DNA from: Chrysomallon squamiferum
Lineage: Eukaryota; Animalia; Mollusca
Assembly (NCBI GenBank): GCA_012295275.1
Contig: CM022665.1
Span: 41,478,001-41,542,000 of the forward strand
Length of the DNA stretch: 64,000 nucleotides
Direction: 5' to 3'
This document shows, in pieces, positions 44,863 through 57,755 of this stretch (its first letter is position 1; each line of letters begins with the position of its first letter). Below the pieces are notes generated by a model that ran no database searches, had not been told where the DNA came from, and worked only from the letters and a program-made list of their open reading frames with translations. The position numbers and the translations under genes are program-made.

Positions 44863-45056
44863 ATAAAGTTTTAACATAAGATATATTGTAAATCAGCTAA
44901 ATGTTAAAAGCAACAGTATTAGAAGAAGATGAAACAAACATTTCGACTTCAGCTTCTGAAAACATGGCTTTTGCGATAATAATTAGCCCAGAAGGATTGT
45001 TGTATACATTTAGTTCTCATAATGTTGCTAATATATTTGAAAATATTAAAACAGTA
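44863..45056. repeat. Dispersed repeat, copy 2
   Basis: Diverged direct copy of 42912-43136. Confidence 0.8.
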
Positions 45057-45281
45057 CACTTCTACGGTGATTTTACACATGCCGCTATTTTTCTCTCTTT
45101 CTACAGACATTATTACGTCTTACACAGAAACAAACGAGAAAACGAAAGGGGAACAAATTATATAAACCTACTAATAAACATATAAACTGTTCAATCATTT
45201 ATTAAGACATAATAATAGTGGAAAATTAATGTAAATGAATATGAAATGTATTTAAATTACATTATATAGTACTGCTACAGG

Positions 45282-45356
45282 TAGCCTGAGTTTTGTTTTG
45301 ACGATAGTGAACGAGTTTAATAGCTCACTTCGTTAAAGTAAAATAAACTCAGGCTA
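45282..45356. repeat. 75-bp imperfect palindrome, MITE-like
   Basis: TAGCCTGAGTTT ... AAACTCAGGCTA forms a perfect 12-bp terminal inverted repeat, with further imperfect internal pairing. Confidence 0.7.
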
Positions 45357-45933
45357 TAACTATAAAAATACTTTGATGCCATCAGCTAACTGAAAACAAT
45401 TTTGAGACCAGATTTAAAAGTACGGGGTATTAAATAACCAGGATTAAGGAAATATAAGTTTCATTCTAAAGACAACCCTTAAAAAAAAAAAAAAAAAAAA
45501 AAAAAAATTATGACACACTGTTATCGTATAGAGTTACCGTAAAAAAGAAGGGGAATATTTAAACTTATATTCATATAAGACCAATGCCCCTTTCGTTTCT
45601 TTAAAGAAAAAAAAAAAAAAAAAATTAAAATATATATATAAAATATATTTAGACTTATATACATCTGCAATTACACCCGTTTCAAATGAAAAAAAAAAAA
45701 AACATACAAATACAGAAACTGGATTTTACAAACAAAAATAACAACATGGATTTATCAACACTAATAGAAAGAATATATAACATAATAAGGCACGTGCTAA
45801 TGAAAATGGAATATATACAGGCGCCATCTGTTAAAACGAAGTACCAGTGATGAGAAAAAAAAAAAAAAAAAAATGTAGTTAGACATGTGTCGAAAAGACT
45901 GGGCAGATAGGTTAAATATATCGTGTGCGTTCT

Positions 45934-45966
<33 letters not shown>

Positions 45967-46178
45967 TATTATTATTATTATTATTTTTTTTTAAACTTAT
46001 TTTGTTCTTTCTGTCACTGATATGGCCACAGTCGGGATAAGGATACCGTATCCAGGGTGGGCGTGTTTGAACCATTTAGCTATGAACATAAATATTATGT
46101 ACTTTAACACATTTCGTATCGTGTCATATCGAATATCAATTTTCATGTATGATAGACGATAATAACAGTAGAAATAAC

Positions 46179-46220
<42 letters not shown>

Positions 46221-46750
46221 TAATATTTCAATCACAAACACTTCGGATTAATAAAATAAATCCGAAGTTAAAATACAATACGATATTTTAAAACATTACA
46301 GGGAAAAGTTCCTCTTTTTTTTTGACGCTGTTAGTTAATCTGTTATTAAAAAAAAAATAAAATAAATAAACGTACCAATCAAATATATAAGTTTATATTA
46401 ATCTATTCGTAACAGCAGCAACACATTTTTCACCTAATATTAAGAAAAAAAAAAAATAAAAAAAAAAAATCCCTGTTATAATTTAATATTGTGATAAAAT
46501 AATATGCATTTCTGCTTTTTAACACTGCTGGAAAAACTGGGAGTCATTGTTGATACAATCTGTTCTCATTAAAGCTATTGGAAAGAATAAAGAATGTTTT
46601 ATTTAAATAACAGTTATCATGATGTAACAAAATGTATAATAACATTTATAGAAATAAGAAATTTAGAATTCGAAGTCTTATTATTATTATTATTATTACT
46701 CTCGTCATAATGATCATTTTTATCATTATCGTTTTCATCATTATTAATTC

Positions 46751-46785
<35 letters not shown>

Positions 46786-46975
46786 GTAGTAGTAGTAGTA
46801 GTATTGTTGTTGTCGTTGTTGTAGATAAGGAACCGACGCGACCAAAGTAGCACTAGATTAAGTAAATATGATTTTTGTTCCTTTTATTTTTTAAATAAAT
46901 GTTTTGTTCATTTTAAAAATAGTGTTTTTCTTATAAACTGTAAAGAGGTCATAAATCCTTCAATTTCAGTGGTAC

Positions 46976-47006
<31 letters not shown>

Positions 47007-48144
47007 GGTATAAATGAATTTATTATTTATCTTTATAATTTATATTAAAGTATAAGTTGGCTTAAAAAAGCGGCCATTTCAGAATACCAGATTATATTTT
47101 CTGACCTTGTTTCATTATATTTATTACTTATAAATTCAGTATTATTCATTATTCAAGACTTATTTTAAAATAAGACGCTAATATTTAAGGATTTATGACA
47201 TTAAGATTAAGCACTATTACTGCATAGCTAAAAAAAAAAAAAAAAAAAAAAAAAATCCAGTACGTTCGATAATACATGTAATGATTAAATAACAGAAAGG
47301 GGAGGTAAATATAGGACGCACTTTATAGCACGGTTAGCATTGTACAAGTTATGATAATAATCTCATAAAATAGCACTTAAAAACTCTAACATTACACACA
47401 CGATACAGCACACTAATAATAGCTCATACTACAGTATAGTTCAAACGAATTTTCAGACGTGGACCGAGTCCCATAAATATTATAAACAAGAGTACAGTTT
47501 TGCTCCAGTGTCAGTAGGCACAAAATGAGTAGCACTTCCGATTAACGACAGCGATGGACGAACAATCCCGTCAACTCTCACGGAAGGCGACGGAACCAGT
47601 CGATTCGTCGTCAACTTCTATTAGATAATTACGCACAGGAAGACGATCGGAACGGACCTTGATTCGTTGTTGTTATTGTTGTTTTTTTTTTTTTTTTTTT
47701 TTTTGAGAGTATCCTTCAGTATATACGAAAAAAATATATATGTATATATATTTATATGAACAGTTCGATGTGATACTTTTAATGCATTAAAGTCAGTGTT
47801 TGTTTTTTCAGCATTAAACCACATTCTTGCATAAAACCGCTACAAATTGTCCGATATGATTTCATTACAGTCACCGGTGAAATGTCAATCACTCGGTAGA
47901 TAATGGCTACACGTAGGTCAATAAATACTGTCCTTGAATTGTTTAGATTTTTGCAATCTTTTAAGTCCAAATCATGATGAAGAAAAAAAGATTTTATATA
48001 TATATATATATATATATATGTTGTACTTTGTCTTTCAACAATCTTCTAAGAAAAACGATAGATGTTAAAATCAACACAAAAATCTTATTTTGCGCAGTAA
48101 TTCCTAAAACACAAGCTGTTTTACCCGAACACGTTATGAGAACA

Positions 48145-48206
<62 letters not shown>

Positions 48207-48236
48207 TAATAATAATAACAAGTCGTTTTCTTTTCC

Positions 48237-48896
48237 TCAGATCCTGTTGTACAACATGTAATGAAGTTTGGCAGTCTCGTTTTTCAGAATTGCAACTTGA
48301 GCTCTCAGTTTGAGATTTTCCTGTTCTAGAAACGCGGCTCTCATGGCTATTTCTTCTTCTTTTTGCCTTCGAGAATCTCTAGACCTCTTGGCGGCCTCGT
48401 TGTTTTTGCGCCTCCTTTCCCAGTAAGCCGTGTCCTTGCTCATCTCGGGCACCGGAGTCGTCCGTTTCGGATCGTTTTCGATAATATCCCGATTCTCGGC
48501 TCTTCTTTTCCTCTGAAGCAGATGCGACGTCAACGGCGTGAGCGCCAACGGCGGCATTGCGGCTGGGGAGTCGTACATGGACGAAACGGCTCCCATCTGC
48601 GAAGACATCCCGGCTTGCCCCGCGCTCATGGCGCCTGCAAGGACAGGGTTGCCGTACATGGCGAATGGATCCATGGGATACATTTTGAAAGGCCTGGTCA
48701 TCGGCATTTTGTCGCTTTTCACCGAGCCGTCGTCGTCAGAGAGAGACAGCCGATGTTCGCTCATATGAGACGAGGGTATTGGTCCGGTAACCGGTTTCAC
48801 GCGACTTTCTCTTTCTTCGTGCTCCTGAGCCTCCGTCTGAACATATACTGGAGACGGAACCGGTGGACGCCCTTCCAGAGTCACTGCTTCCACTGA
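48237..48896 (-). CDS. PAR-bZIP-family transcription factor, giant/CES-2-like (bZIP-containing frame)
   Basis: [62 protein letters not shown] is a PAR/giant/CES-2 basic region plus zipper. [10 protein letters not shown] resembles the giant RPFKAYPRDP motif. The frame is closed upstream by TGA at 48899-48897; first in-frame ATGs are at 48764 and 48707. Confidence 0.92.
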   Translation of the reverse strand, partial: SVEAVTLEGRPPVPSPVYVQTEAQEHEERESRVKPVTGPIPSSHMSEHRLSLSDDDGSVKSDKMPMTRPFKMYPMDPFAMYGNPVLAGAMSAGQAGMSSQMGAVSSMYDSPAAMPPLALTPLTSHLLQRKRRAENRDIIENDPKRTTPVPEMSKDTAYWERRRKNNEAAKRSRDSRRQKEEEIAMRAAFLEQENLKLRAQVAILKNETAKLHYMLYNRI

Positions 48897-49005
48897 TCAC
48901 ACACATGGGATCTTGGCCCGGCTCTGTCTTTGTTGGTACACCTCCCAACGGCTTGATGGGGACAGGCCCGATAGGTTTGCTAAGGTCCAGGGCAATATCT
49001 GCCAT
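48736..49005 (-). CDS. N-terminal frame of the giant/CES-2-like gene ([10 protein letters not shown]...), out of frame with the bZIP
   Basis: ATG (aagATGg) lies 10 nt after a strong tgctgtag acceptor (exon start 49015). It encodes ALDLS (CtBP-type motif known from Giant) and an RRKRKSR basic stretch, and stops at 48738-48736. Confidence 0.7.
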   Translation of the reverse strand: MADIALDLSKPIGPVPIKPLGGVPTKTEPGQDPMCVISGSSDSGRASTGSVSSICSDGGSGARRKRKSRETGYRTNTLVSYERTSAVSL

Positions 49006-49360
49006 CTTGAAGAACCTACAGCAATTTAAAAAAATAATAATAAAATAAATAATAATAATAATAATAGTAAAATACATACATAAGTTAATAAATAGAAAAT
49101 GAAATGCTAGTGTGTGCGAATTTGTGTGTGTGTGTGCATATATATATATTTGTCAAGAAATTTATTTATTTAAAAATAATTAAGTCTACTTCTTACATCT
49201 GTAAAAATAAACAAATAAAAATAATAATAATATACATTAGAAAGGAAACAAAAGAAAAAGATATGAGACCAGTATTAAACTCCAGTGCGCAGACATTTTA
49301 TAATCTTTAAACAGAAACATTTTTATAATAAGATTAGATCACTTTAAAGTGAAGCATAAG

Positions 49361-49397
<37 letters not shown>

Positions 49398-50017
49398 CAT
49401 CATTACTTTCCAGATACAGAATCGGCGCTATCTCTTATTTTTAATATGTGATTTGAAAGAATACTATACACAGTAGCTATTTTTAAGTTTCACTTATCGT
49501 AGCTGTATCATATATAATATTCCGTAAATTTTAAAAATCAGGGTGATTAATATAGACATCAGTATACAAGGAAATGAAACGAAAGTATATGCATTGGTAA
49601 AACATGTTATAGTTGCCAGTTTCAACTGTCAACATCAAGAAACGAAAAAAAAAATGTCATTTTATAAATATCATCTGTTCAGTTATTAATATTTTTTTTT
49701 AATTTTTCATTTCAGTTGAAACATTATTGATGCTTAATTATATAAAATGAAAGACAGAGAAATAAATTTATATATATAATTTTTCTATTATAAATGTAAT
49801 TATAAAAATAAAATAAAATTAAAATTAAAATAAAATAAAATAAAATAATCAAGTTTAGAAATAAAATTTAAAAAAAAATAAAATTCAGTTTAGAAATGAA
49901 ATATTTCATAAATGCAATACACAAATTTCAAAGAGCAAAAATTAAATTATATAAAAAAAGAAAAAAAGAATGAACCTACTTCAACTTTGTCCAGTTTTAA
50001 AAAGCACCCTTTGATAC

Positions 50018-50050
<33 letters not shown>

Positions 50051-50175
50051 CAGATATATATATATATTCCTTTTCGGTAAATCTGAAAACCAAAACAAAT
50101 CCGCTGCACGTCCACACGCACGCACACACACTGCTATATTTAACACGTAAGAGAGTAGAACAGTTCTAAATACAC

Positions 50176-50211
50176 CTTCCAGCTGACTGGCTGGCTAGCT
50201 GAGGACTAGCT
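50176..50211 (-). other. Probable short non-coding first exon of the bZIP gene
   Basis: AAG|gtgtat donor at 50175. TATAAG lies about 25-30 nt upstream of Inr-like tcagct/ctagtc. The TSS position is inferred. Confidence 0.45.
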
Positions 50212-50425
50212 GACCAGCCGATGACCAGTGCTTATAGCGTGTTTATGAACAGTGAACTCCGGCTGACCTCCTTGCACAATAACTGCGTAAAGCTTCGGTG
50301 ACGCACTGGCTGCTGAGTGGCTGTTTTGCGTTTTTCTTCAGCCAACGATTATCCGTATCCAGCGGAACATCTCCTCCGAAAACCACCGCAAATCTGGCTT
50401 TTTCATATCATATTGTGTAATAAGA

Positions 50426-50461
<36 letters not shown>

Positions 50462-50960
50462 AAGAAAGAAAAGAAAAAAGAAAGAGAGAAAGAATGAAAG
50501 AACGAAAGAAAAACAAACTCCGAAAAACGTAGTTCTATTTATGCCAAAATAAGCAAATTATAATGCCAGAAAGACGTATCGCTAATATACACAAACGGAC
50601 AACAACAAAAAAAACGAAAATAATCATGAAGGGTTTAGGTCGCAAGGGAAATCGGGAAGAAGGTCGAAATGACCTGGCGACGGCGCAATACGCTATAGCC
50701 AGACTGGTCATGCTGGGTAATATTGGTCAATATCGCACGCCGCGCTGCCGGCCAGGTCACGACACCGCTGCCCATCACGTCGTTTGACATATACTTAATA
50801 AGAACAGCTATTGCGGCCGCCAAATGACCACGGAGTCCATGTTGCATGTTCTTATGGACGTTTAAATGGGCGCCGTGCTTTCAGTATGTCATTTGTTAAC
50901 TGAGTAGGACATGGCAAAGAGTTCAAGCCATTTCACCAGGTTAACTGTTCGGCTTACCTT
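50212..50960 (-). promoter_or_regulatory. CpG-rich promoter region of the bZIP gene
   Basis: TATAAG at 50236-50231, AGGTCA half-site (tgacct 50264), TTTACGCAG PAR-like site (~50283-50291), ERE-like AGGTCGaaaTGACCT (50661-50675). Confidence 0.5.
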
Positions 50961-52129
50961 AACAGTTTGCTGATATACGATTCTCTGCAGATAATATATA
51001 GTCATAATGTTGTTCTTTGTAATTTACCCCCTCTGAGTGTGTGTCTGTACACAGATTGTAATGACTCCTTAAATTGATAAATTATGGATGATGGTTGATC
51101 AGTGCACATAATTTAACATTCATTTCAAACACCACGTTAATTTTTAAAAAAAAATTTTTTTATAAAGTATCTGCTGTTTTGTGTTTATTTGTGAATGGGG
51201 GAAAAAACCCAACAAACCCCCCCCGAAAAACCAACAACCCCACCCCCCTTCCAACAATACCGCCTTCGTTTTGAAGGCGTCCTCTACTCATAGACGCAGA
51301 CTTTTTTTCAAATATACAGACTAGCCAAAGATGCAACCTTGGTAACTAAATCCATATTAAACTGCTCTTTGTAAGTTGTATGAGCAAACAACAGGAACAA
51401 TGCCGGAATGCAAATTTAATTACGAAATAAAATAGATGTGGAATTCAGACTCTCTGTTTTTTCATCTTATTTATATGGTTATGCTGTAAAAGTCCCAACT
51501 TTCTTTTCATGTTTTCGCTTAAACATCCCTCGACCTGGTCAGAGCATCCGCTGTTTCTAAAAGATGCTATAAATGTTTTGAAGTCCGATAGCGACTAGCA
51601 AAAGGTTAAAGCTTGCGAAGTTTCTTTTCGCTCGGTATGACATAAACGTGCCATTACCAACCGGACGGGTCAGAGGTCTGACCTCTGATGGCCAGATTCG
51701 ATAAACATGGAACCGTGATTAAGTTAGTTAGGTTTACATTTGGAAGTCTCGTCTGCGGTTAGGTCAAATTTCATGGTGTCTATTTTTGTGAACCTTTTGA
51801 TGTTGCAGTAATAATAGTGGTGGTGGTGGTGGTGGTGGTGGTAATAGTAGTAGCAGGAGTAGTAGTAGTAGTAGTAATAGTAGAAGATGTTGTCCTTGTT
51901 GTACTACTAGTAGTAGTAATTATTTTTGTTGCTGTTGTAATAGTAATTGTAGTAGTAGTAGTCGTTGTAGATACAGTAGAATTAACAGCAGCAAAAGCTG
52001 TAGCATAAACAAAGGTAATAGTAGTAGTACTACCAATAGTAAACTGGTGATAGTAATTGTACTAGTAAATTGTAAAAATAGTAGTGGATAATAAAAAATA
52101 AATAAGTAAATAAATTAATTAATTAATAA

Positions 52130-52198
<69 letters not shown>

Positions 52199-53165
52199 GC
52201 ATACTAGAAATACTGGTATACTAAAATAAATAAAATAACTACTTCTATTTTATTGTATCGGATTTTCAGTTAAATGTAAAGATATATTAAACGTACGTTA
52301 GTGATGAATAACGGTGCAATATTCTTTATGCATCAAGTCTGCAAGTCGGAACTTGCCCAACGATAACTTTACAATTCTTCATTTGTCTGCCTATTCTATT
52401 ATGGAAAACTATTATGAAGTTGATCTTTCATCTTAACAAATTTCAAGTGCTTCGCAAGGTCATGTCTCAGCAATACATTAATTATGACTTGACCACCAGA
52501 TGACCCCATATTAGTTCTGGCGTAACGTGCGCAACTATGTATAAGCTTGCCGCACACCGACACCAAGAATATCGTCTGCAGCCGAAGGGTTTACCAGTCG
52601 AGTCATCCGGGTTACTCGTTTTTACAAAATGCTCGATAGTCGTGATTATTGACAAACGAATGAGTAAACAAGATTACTTTTGATTACAACTGTAATAAAA
52701 ACATGAGTTCTAATTACATTTTATATCTGAATACCAAATTCTTTTTTTTTTCTTCTGCATGTTTCTTCTTCTTTTCTTGAATGTGTGATTGTGCATAAAT
52801 GCTGTACTCAAATTTCAGTAGTAGAAAATGCTTCAAGAAACCAAGTCAAACTCGTTTAAATCGAACTCAAACTCATTTTAAATCAAGAATAAATATTCGT
52901 AAAGTTCTTTTTGTAAATTTCTTTTAGACAAGTGAATATATACGTTTAAACTCTATTTTTCAATATTCTCCATCTTAGACTGTATCATTTTATCAGAAGT
53001 AATTATTTTAAAAGAATCATGATCAGTTGCTATTTCTTTCCACAATCGCTATTAATTTGTACTGTTAAAGGTACCATTATTGAAACCCCTGAAATATGCA
53101 TTGCATCTATTGGCTTTATGCATTCAGTATTTATTGTTGTGTTGTTGTTGTTGTTGTGGTTGTTG

Positions 53166-53202
<37 letters not shown>

Positions 53203-54972
53203 CATCATCATCATTATTTTAAATTTGATTTGAATCCATTATGTGTTGTTATAGACCTACAAGGACGAATGAATACGTTGTTTTGCATTCGGTGTGATAA
53301 CAAGATAATTAACAACGTAGTTAGAAATAAAATAATCAGTTTGAAGAAAACCATTTGCTTTTAACCTGTTGATTTCCATCAAAAATTTAAAAAAAAAAAC
53401 AAAAAAAACCACAACTATTTAAATATGTATCCATTTCTACATTATTTCAACTTGGATTTTTCGTCTTTTTGGTGTATTAAAACAAAAAAAAAAACGTATT
53501 TTTACTTATGTATATGTGTTTGTGTATATGCAATATTAGTAATATTCGTCACAGTATTACCTTGGCTCACTGTCTTTCCAGGATGCCATGGAACATCTGT
53601 CAACAATGTGAAAAAAAAAAGGGATTGGTAAGGAAATACATTTATATATATATATTTTTTTTAATCATCGAATATCCAAGCTATTTGTTCAGATCACACA
53701 GCGCGTTAATCTACATTATTAGTCAGATACAATGGCTTAATAGAAATAATAATAATAAAAATAATAAAATAAAATAAATAAATCAGTGAATAAAATGAAA
53801 AGGAATGATATACGGTCTCATTATGAGTCAGTACTGAGATTCGTTCCTACAACTTACGATTCTTCATCGACGTCCGCTGAAAAGTTTCCGTGGGGAAAGG
53901 GTAAAGTATGTTGTCACATAAAAATTGAATGCATGATCAGACAAACACTGTCTCTTCAGAGACTCAACTAACAGTGGACTCAACTAACAACTAACAATGT
54001 GTAGAAATGATTATATTCACATATACATGTACATGCATGTACACACATACATAAACACACACACATATCCAAATACATATACATACACATATATACATAT
54101 ACGTACACTATTCACATACACTTACGTAGAAACATGCATACTTACATACATACATACATACATACACATACAGATATTTTCTTAAATGCATAAATACATG
54201 ATATAGACACAAATACACCATACACAGACATTCTTACATTCATGCACGCATACATGCATACATACATCATACATACATATATACATACATACAGATATAC
54301 ACACACATACATACATGAATGCATACATGCACACGCAATTTCATATCAACGAACGTACGTACCTAATTCTATATTAAAATGATATTTATTTCTGCAGCTT
54401 TACAATCTTGTAATGTAACTAAAATGTTAAAAATACAAAACAAAATATATTATCATGTAATACAAATTGGTTTCATCCAGAACTAGATTGTAGCAACATT
54501 AAATATAATTGTTAATGCATGGCAGTAGTATTTAATCCCATTACCTTTTTAGTACAGCATAAAACAATTAAATGACGATGAAAAATGATTTTTAGTTTTC
54601 ATCTAAATAACTTACAGATCAACCAACCAGCAAGTAAATAAATAAATATACCAGGATTTGAGATTAAAATTTAATGTTTCCTTTTGAAGAAAGAAAGAAA
54701 GAAAAGGAAACAAAATAAAATAAAACCTACATCGTTAAGAAATTTTATTTTATTTTATTTGATATTTATTTATTTATTTATTTTTTTAATTTTATATGCA
54801 CCCACTCGTAAGAAATAATATAAAGCCTATCATAAACCCTTTGGGGTAATGGTTGGCTGGTACGGGAACCCATAGCTTATGGCTAGCCGTGTTTTATTCT
54901 TTTGTTCTGTTTAGGTATAACTGACAATATTCATTTTTGGTAAGCAAACACCGACACACATTAACATATGCT

Positions 54973-55022
<50 letters not shown>

Positions 55023-55118
55023 TTTTATTTCTCTCTTCGTGTGTACACGCCATGGCTGAAACAGGATTATAACACAGGTAGACAAAATCTGAGGTAGGTA
55101 CTCCTTTATCCTAATAAC

Positions 55119-55165
<47 letters not shown>

Positions 55166-55445
55166 TAATAATACGAACTCCCTTACAAGGCGAAAGAATA
55201 ATAATCAAAAACATATATATTTTATTAAAAATAAATAAAAATGATATAAATTACTGACTTCAGGCGCACACGCAAATACTTTCATATTTTCGTCTTAGAA
55301 ACATCTCATTAGAGTTATCTCCCTTGTCACTTTTAGTTATCACGTACTTAAAGTTATTATTTATAATATATTTTATGTGTTTGTTTATTTGTGTTAATAG
55401 CTCCTAATACTAGGATGTTTTACAATATAATATAATATTTATATA

Positions 55446-55558
55446 ATGAAGCTAAAACGAGAAGGCAGCTCAAGGACTAATTTAATTGAATCAAAACGGT
55501 TATGGGATATTAAAACCAAAGAGCGGTTCAATGTTTTGTGTGTGGGTACAGTTTTTAG
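55446..55558 (+). CDS. Uncharacterised beta-propeller/FG-GAP-like protein, exon 1
   Basis: ATG at 55446, MKLKREGSSRTNLIESKRLWDIKTKERFNVLCVGTVF. Perfect gtaagt donor, phase 2. Confidence 0.75.
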
Positions 55559-55644
55559 GTAAGTTTGATCCATCGGTCTGTTATGTCTATATAAAATCGG
55601 TTAATTCATCTGTTATAGTATTAATCTTTATATATTAATTTCAG

Positions 55645-55741
55645 GCAGAGTGGACTGAGTTTGGTGGTGGGTGGTGAAGATGGTATAATACGAATATATG
55701 AACTTGCCTCAGATGGAACGCTAATCGATTCGAGTCCTCAG
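55645..55741 (+). CDS. Beta-propeller protein exon 2
   Basis: QSGLSLVVGGEDGIIRIYEL... is a WD40-like strand pattern. ttcag/gtaaat, phases 2 to 0. Confidence 0.85.
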
Positions 55742-55893
55742 GTAAATATTAGTAATATTAATGTATATTTATTTTATTTCATATTATTACTTTGTAGTTT
55801 GTTTAATTCATTTGAAATTAATCAGTTTGTGATCATTATTGTTAGTGTTGTATTTTCATTTGTTTTATCACTATTGTTTGTCTTATTCATTAT

Positions 55894-55943
<50 letters not shown>

Positions 55944-55946
55944 CAG

Positions 55947-56136
55947 CTGACACTTGAGACAAAAAGCGGTCCTGTACAGACAATGACTATACATGACATC
56001 ACAAAGTTTTACTATAATGATCTTCTTGTTGGTGACTCAAAGGGTACTTTGACAATTTTCTGTAACCAGCAGATTCTCAGTCGACAGAATATCTCGGGTA
56101 GCAGCATCAACTGTCTGCAAATTAGTAAAGATTCAG
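55947..56136 (+). CDS. Beta-propeller protein exon 3
   Basis: LTLETKSGPVQTMTIHDITKFYYNDLLVGDSKGTLTIF... atacag/gttagt, phases 0 to 1. Confidence 0.87.
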
Positions 56137-56341
56137 GTTAGTGGCAGTCATTCGTTTTACAGTTGTGAGTTAATTATTAAACAGTTAATTACATTGCTAT
56201 TATATTTATTTTATATTTTATTTATTATAAAAATGTATTTTCTTTTTCTAGAACATTTATATAATTGCATTTGAGATGTTTATTTGGAAATGATTTTGCA
56301 TTTCAAAGAATCTGATCTTAATTAGTAAATTAGTAAAATAA

Positions 56342-56376
<35 letters not shown>

Positions 56377-56487
56377 AAATACTTTCTGTGCTTTCAGATA
56401 GCTAAGGTATGGTACCAAAATGTATTTCATTGGTAGTGTCTTGTCTTGCAATGTGGCTAATCAAATAATCAATCTTGTTTGGTTCTT

Positions 56488-56591
56488 CCATTGGACTCTT
56501 TCCCAATATACCCACTGCTCCATAACTGGTTCATCAAAGGCTATGATATATGCTGTGATGTCTGAAATTCAGATATAAAAGATCCCTTGTT
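56488..56591 (+). mobile_element. Possible degraded SINE-like interspersed repeat fragment
   Basis: ...actggttcatcaaaggctatgatatatgct...atataaaagatcccttg resembles, from memory, an abundant gastropod interspersed repeat. Not verified by search. Confidence 0.3.
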
Positions 56592-57046
56592 TTTTTTTAT
56601 TTTCCCTTGTGAAAATTAGAATAAAATATCTTCAGATTATCAAATAATTTACATCTAAATGAAAAACTGCATTATATTATTTCCTCTGTTAATGAAATTT
56701 GAAATATAATAATTATATTCATATATCAAAAACAGCATTTTCTTATTTGTATCATTAATGGAAATTGGAAAATAAATTATAACATCCAGATTATTAAATA
56801 AATAATAACATTTTTTTTTTTTTTTTTTTAAATGGAAGGGATAGATTTTCCTCTGTTATTGTCCAAATGGCTGATACCAACATAACACAAGATTTAACAA
56901 TTATCACTGATTTTGATTTTTGCTGCCGGAAATGACGTTTGTGAGAGTATAACATAATTATTATTTTCAAAATATTAATGTACATTAATTTAATATCCTT
57001 GTTTTAATGTTTTAATTATCAAAATGTTTCTTCTTTTTTTACCTAG

Positions 57047-57153
57047 TTGGTTCAGCCAGCATTATAACAAGCAATGATTCTGGGATTATCAGTGCTGTCC
57101 TTCCATCTTGTGAACTGTGGAGAATTAATCTTAATAACACACAGCTGAAACGG
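57047..57153 (+). CDS. Beta-propeller protein exon 4
   Basis: GSASIITSNDSGIISAVLPSCELWRINL... polypyrimidine-cctag acceptor, gtaatg donor, phases 1 to 0. Confidence 0.83.
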
Positions 57154-57587
57154 GTAATGTTTCTTTTTCTTCTAATCTTGACAAAAGACTGCCATACCCT
57201 CTGTCTGAATGGTTAGATCTTCTTCCATTGTTTATTTATCCTCATATATACTTTATAAATGTTAAAAGCCTGATGACTGATTAACAAAATCAGTGGTATT
57301 TGTTTTCTTATTTATATTTATTTGCAATTTTGTAATTACATATATCCTTTGTCTATAAAACATCTGCATCAAAAACTCTGTTTTTCTAAGTTTATTTATT
57401 TTTGTATATAAAATATAAAACATCCTGATGCTATGTGATGGATATGCATCAGTGGTCTGTGTATTTTCCTATTGTTATATTTAAAATAAAATAGGTGTTC
57501 ATATACATACATATATATATAATTGAAAGAAGCCTATGGAATGTTGTGATAGGTGTATGGTTTTTTTTGTGTTTTTTTCAAACTCAG

Positions 57588-57755
57588 AGTTCAGCTGTTA
57601 GTGTCAGTATTCAGGCCTTGTTGACAGTTAATCTCACTGACCAGAGTGGCAAAACCTGCAACTACATCATTGCTTCTGATGATACCCAGCACATCCACGT
57701 CATCCTCCAGGGTTCAATTGTCATGACAATGAAAGTTCCTGCTACAGTCACAGCA
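57588..57755 (+). CDS. Beta-propeller protein exon 5
   Basis: SSAVSVSIQALLTVNL...YIIASDDTQHIHVI...VPATVTA. ctcag/gttagt, phase 0/0. Confidence 0.85.

Noticed and set aside
48363-48896. 177-aa plus-strand ORF antisense to the bZIP gene
   Set aside because: Expected shadow ORF of a GC-rich coding exon, with no recognisable motif.
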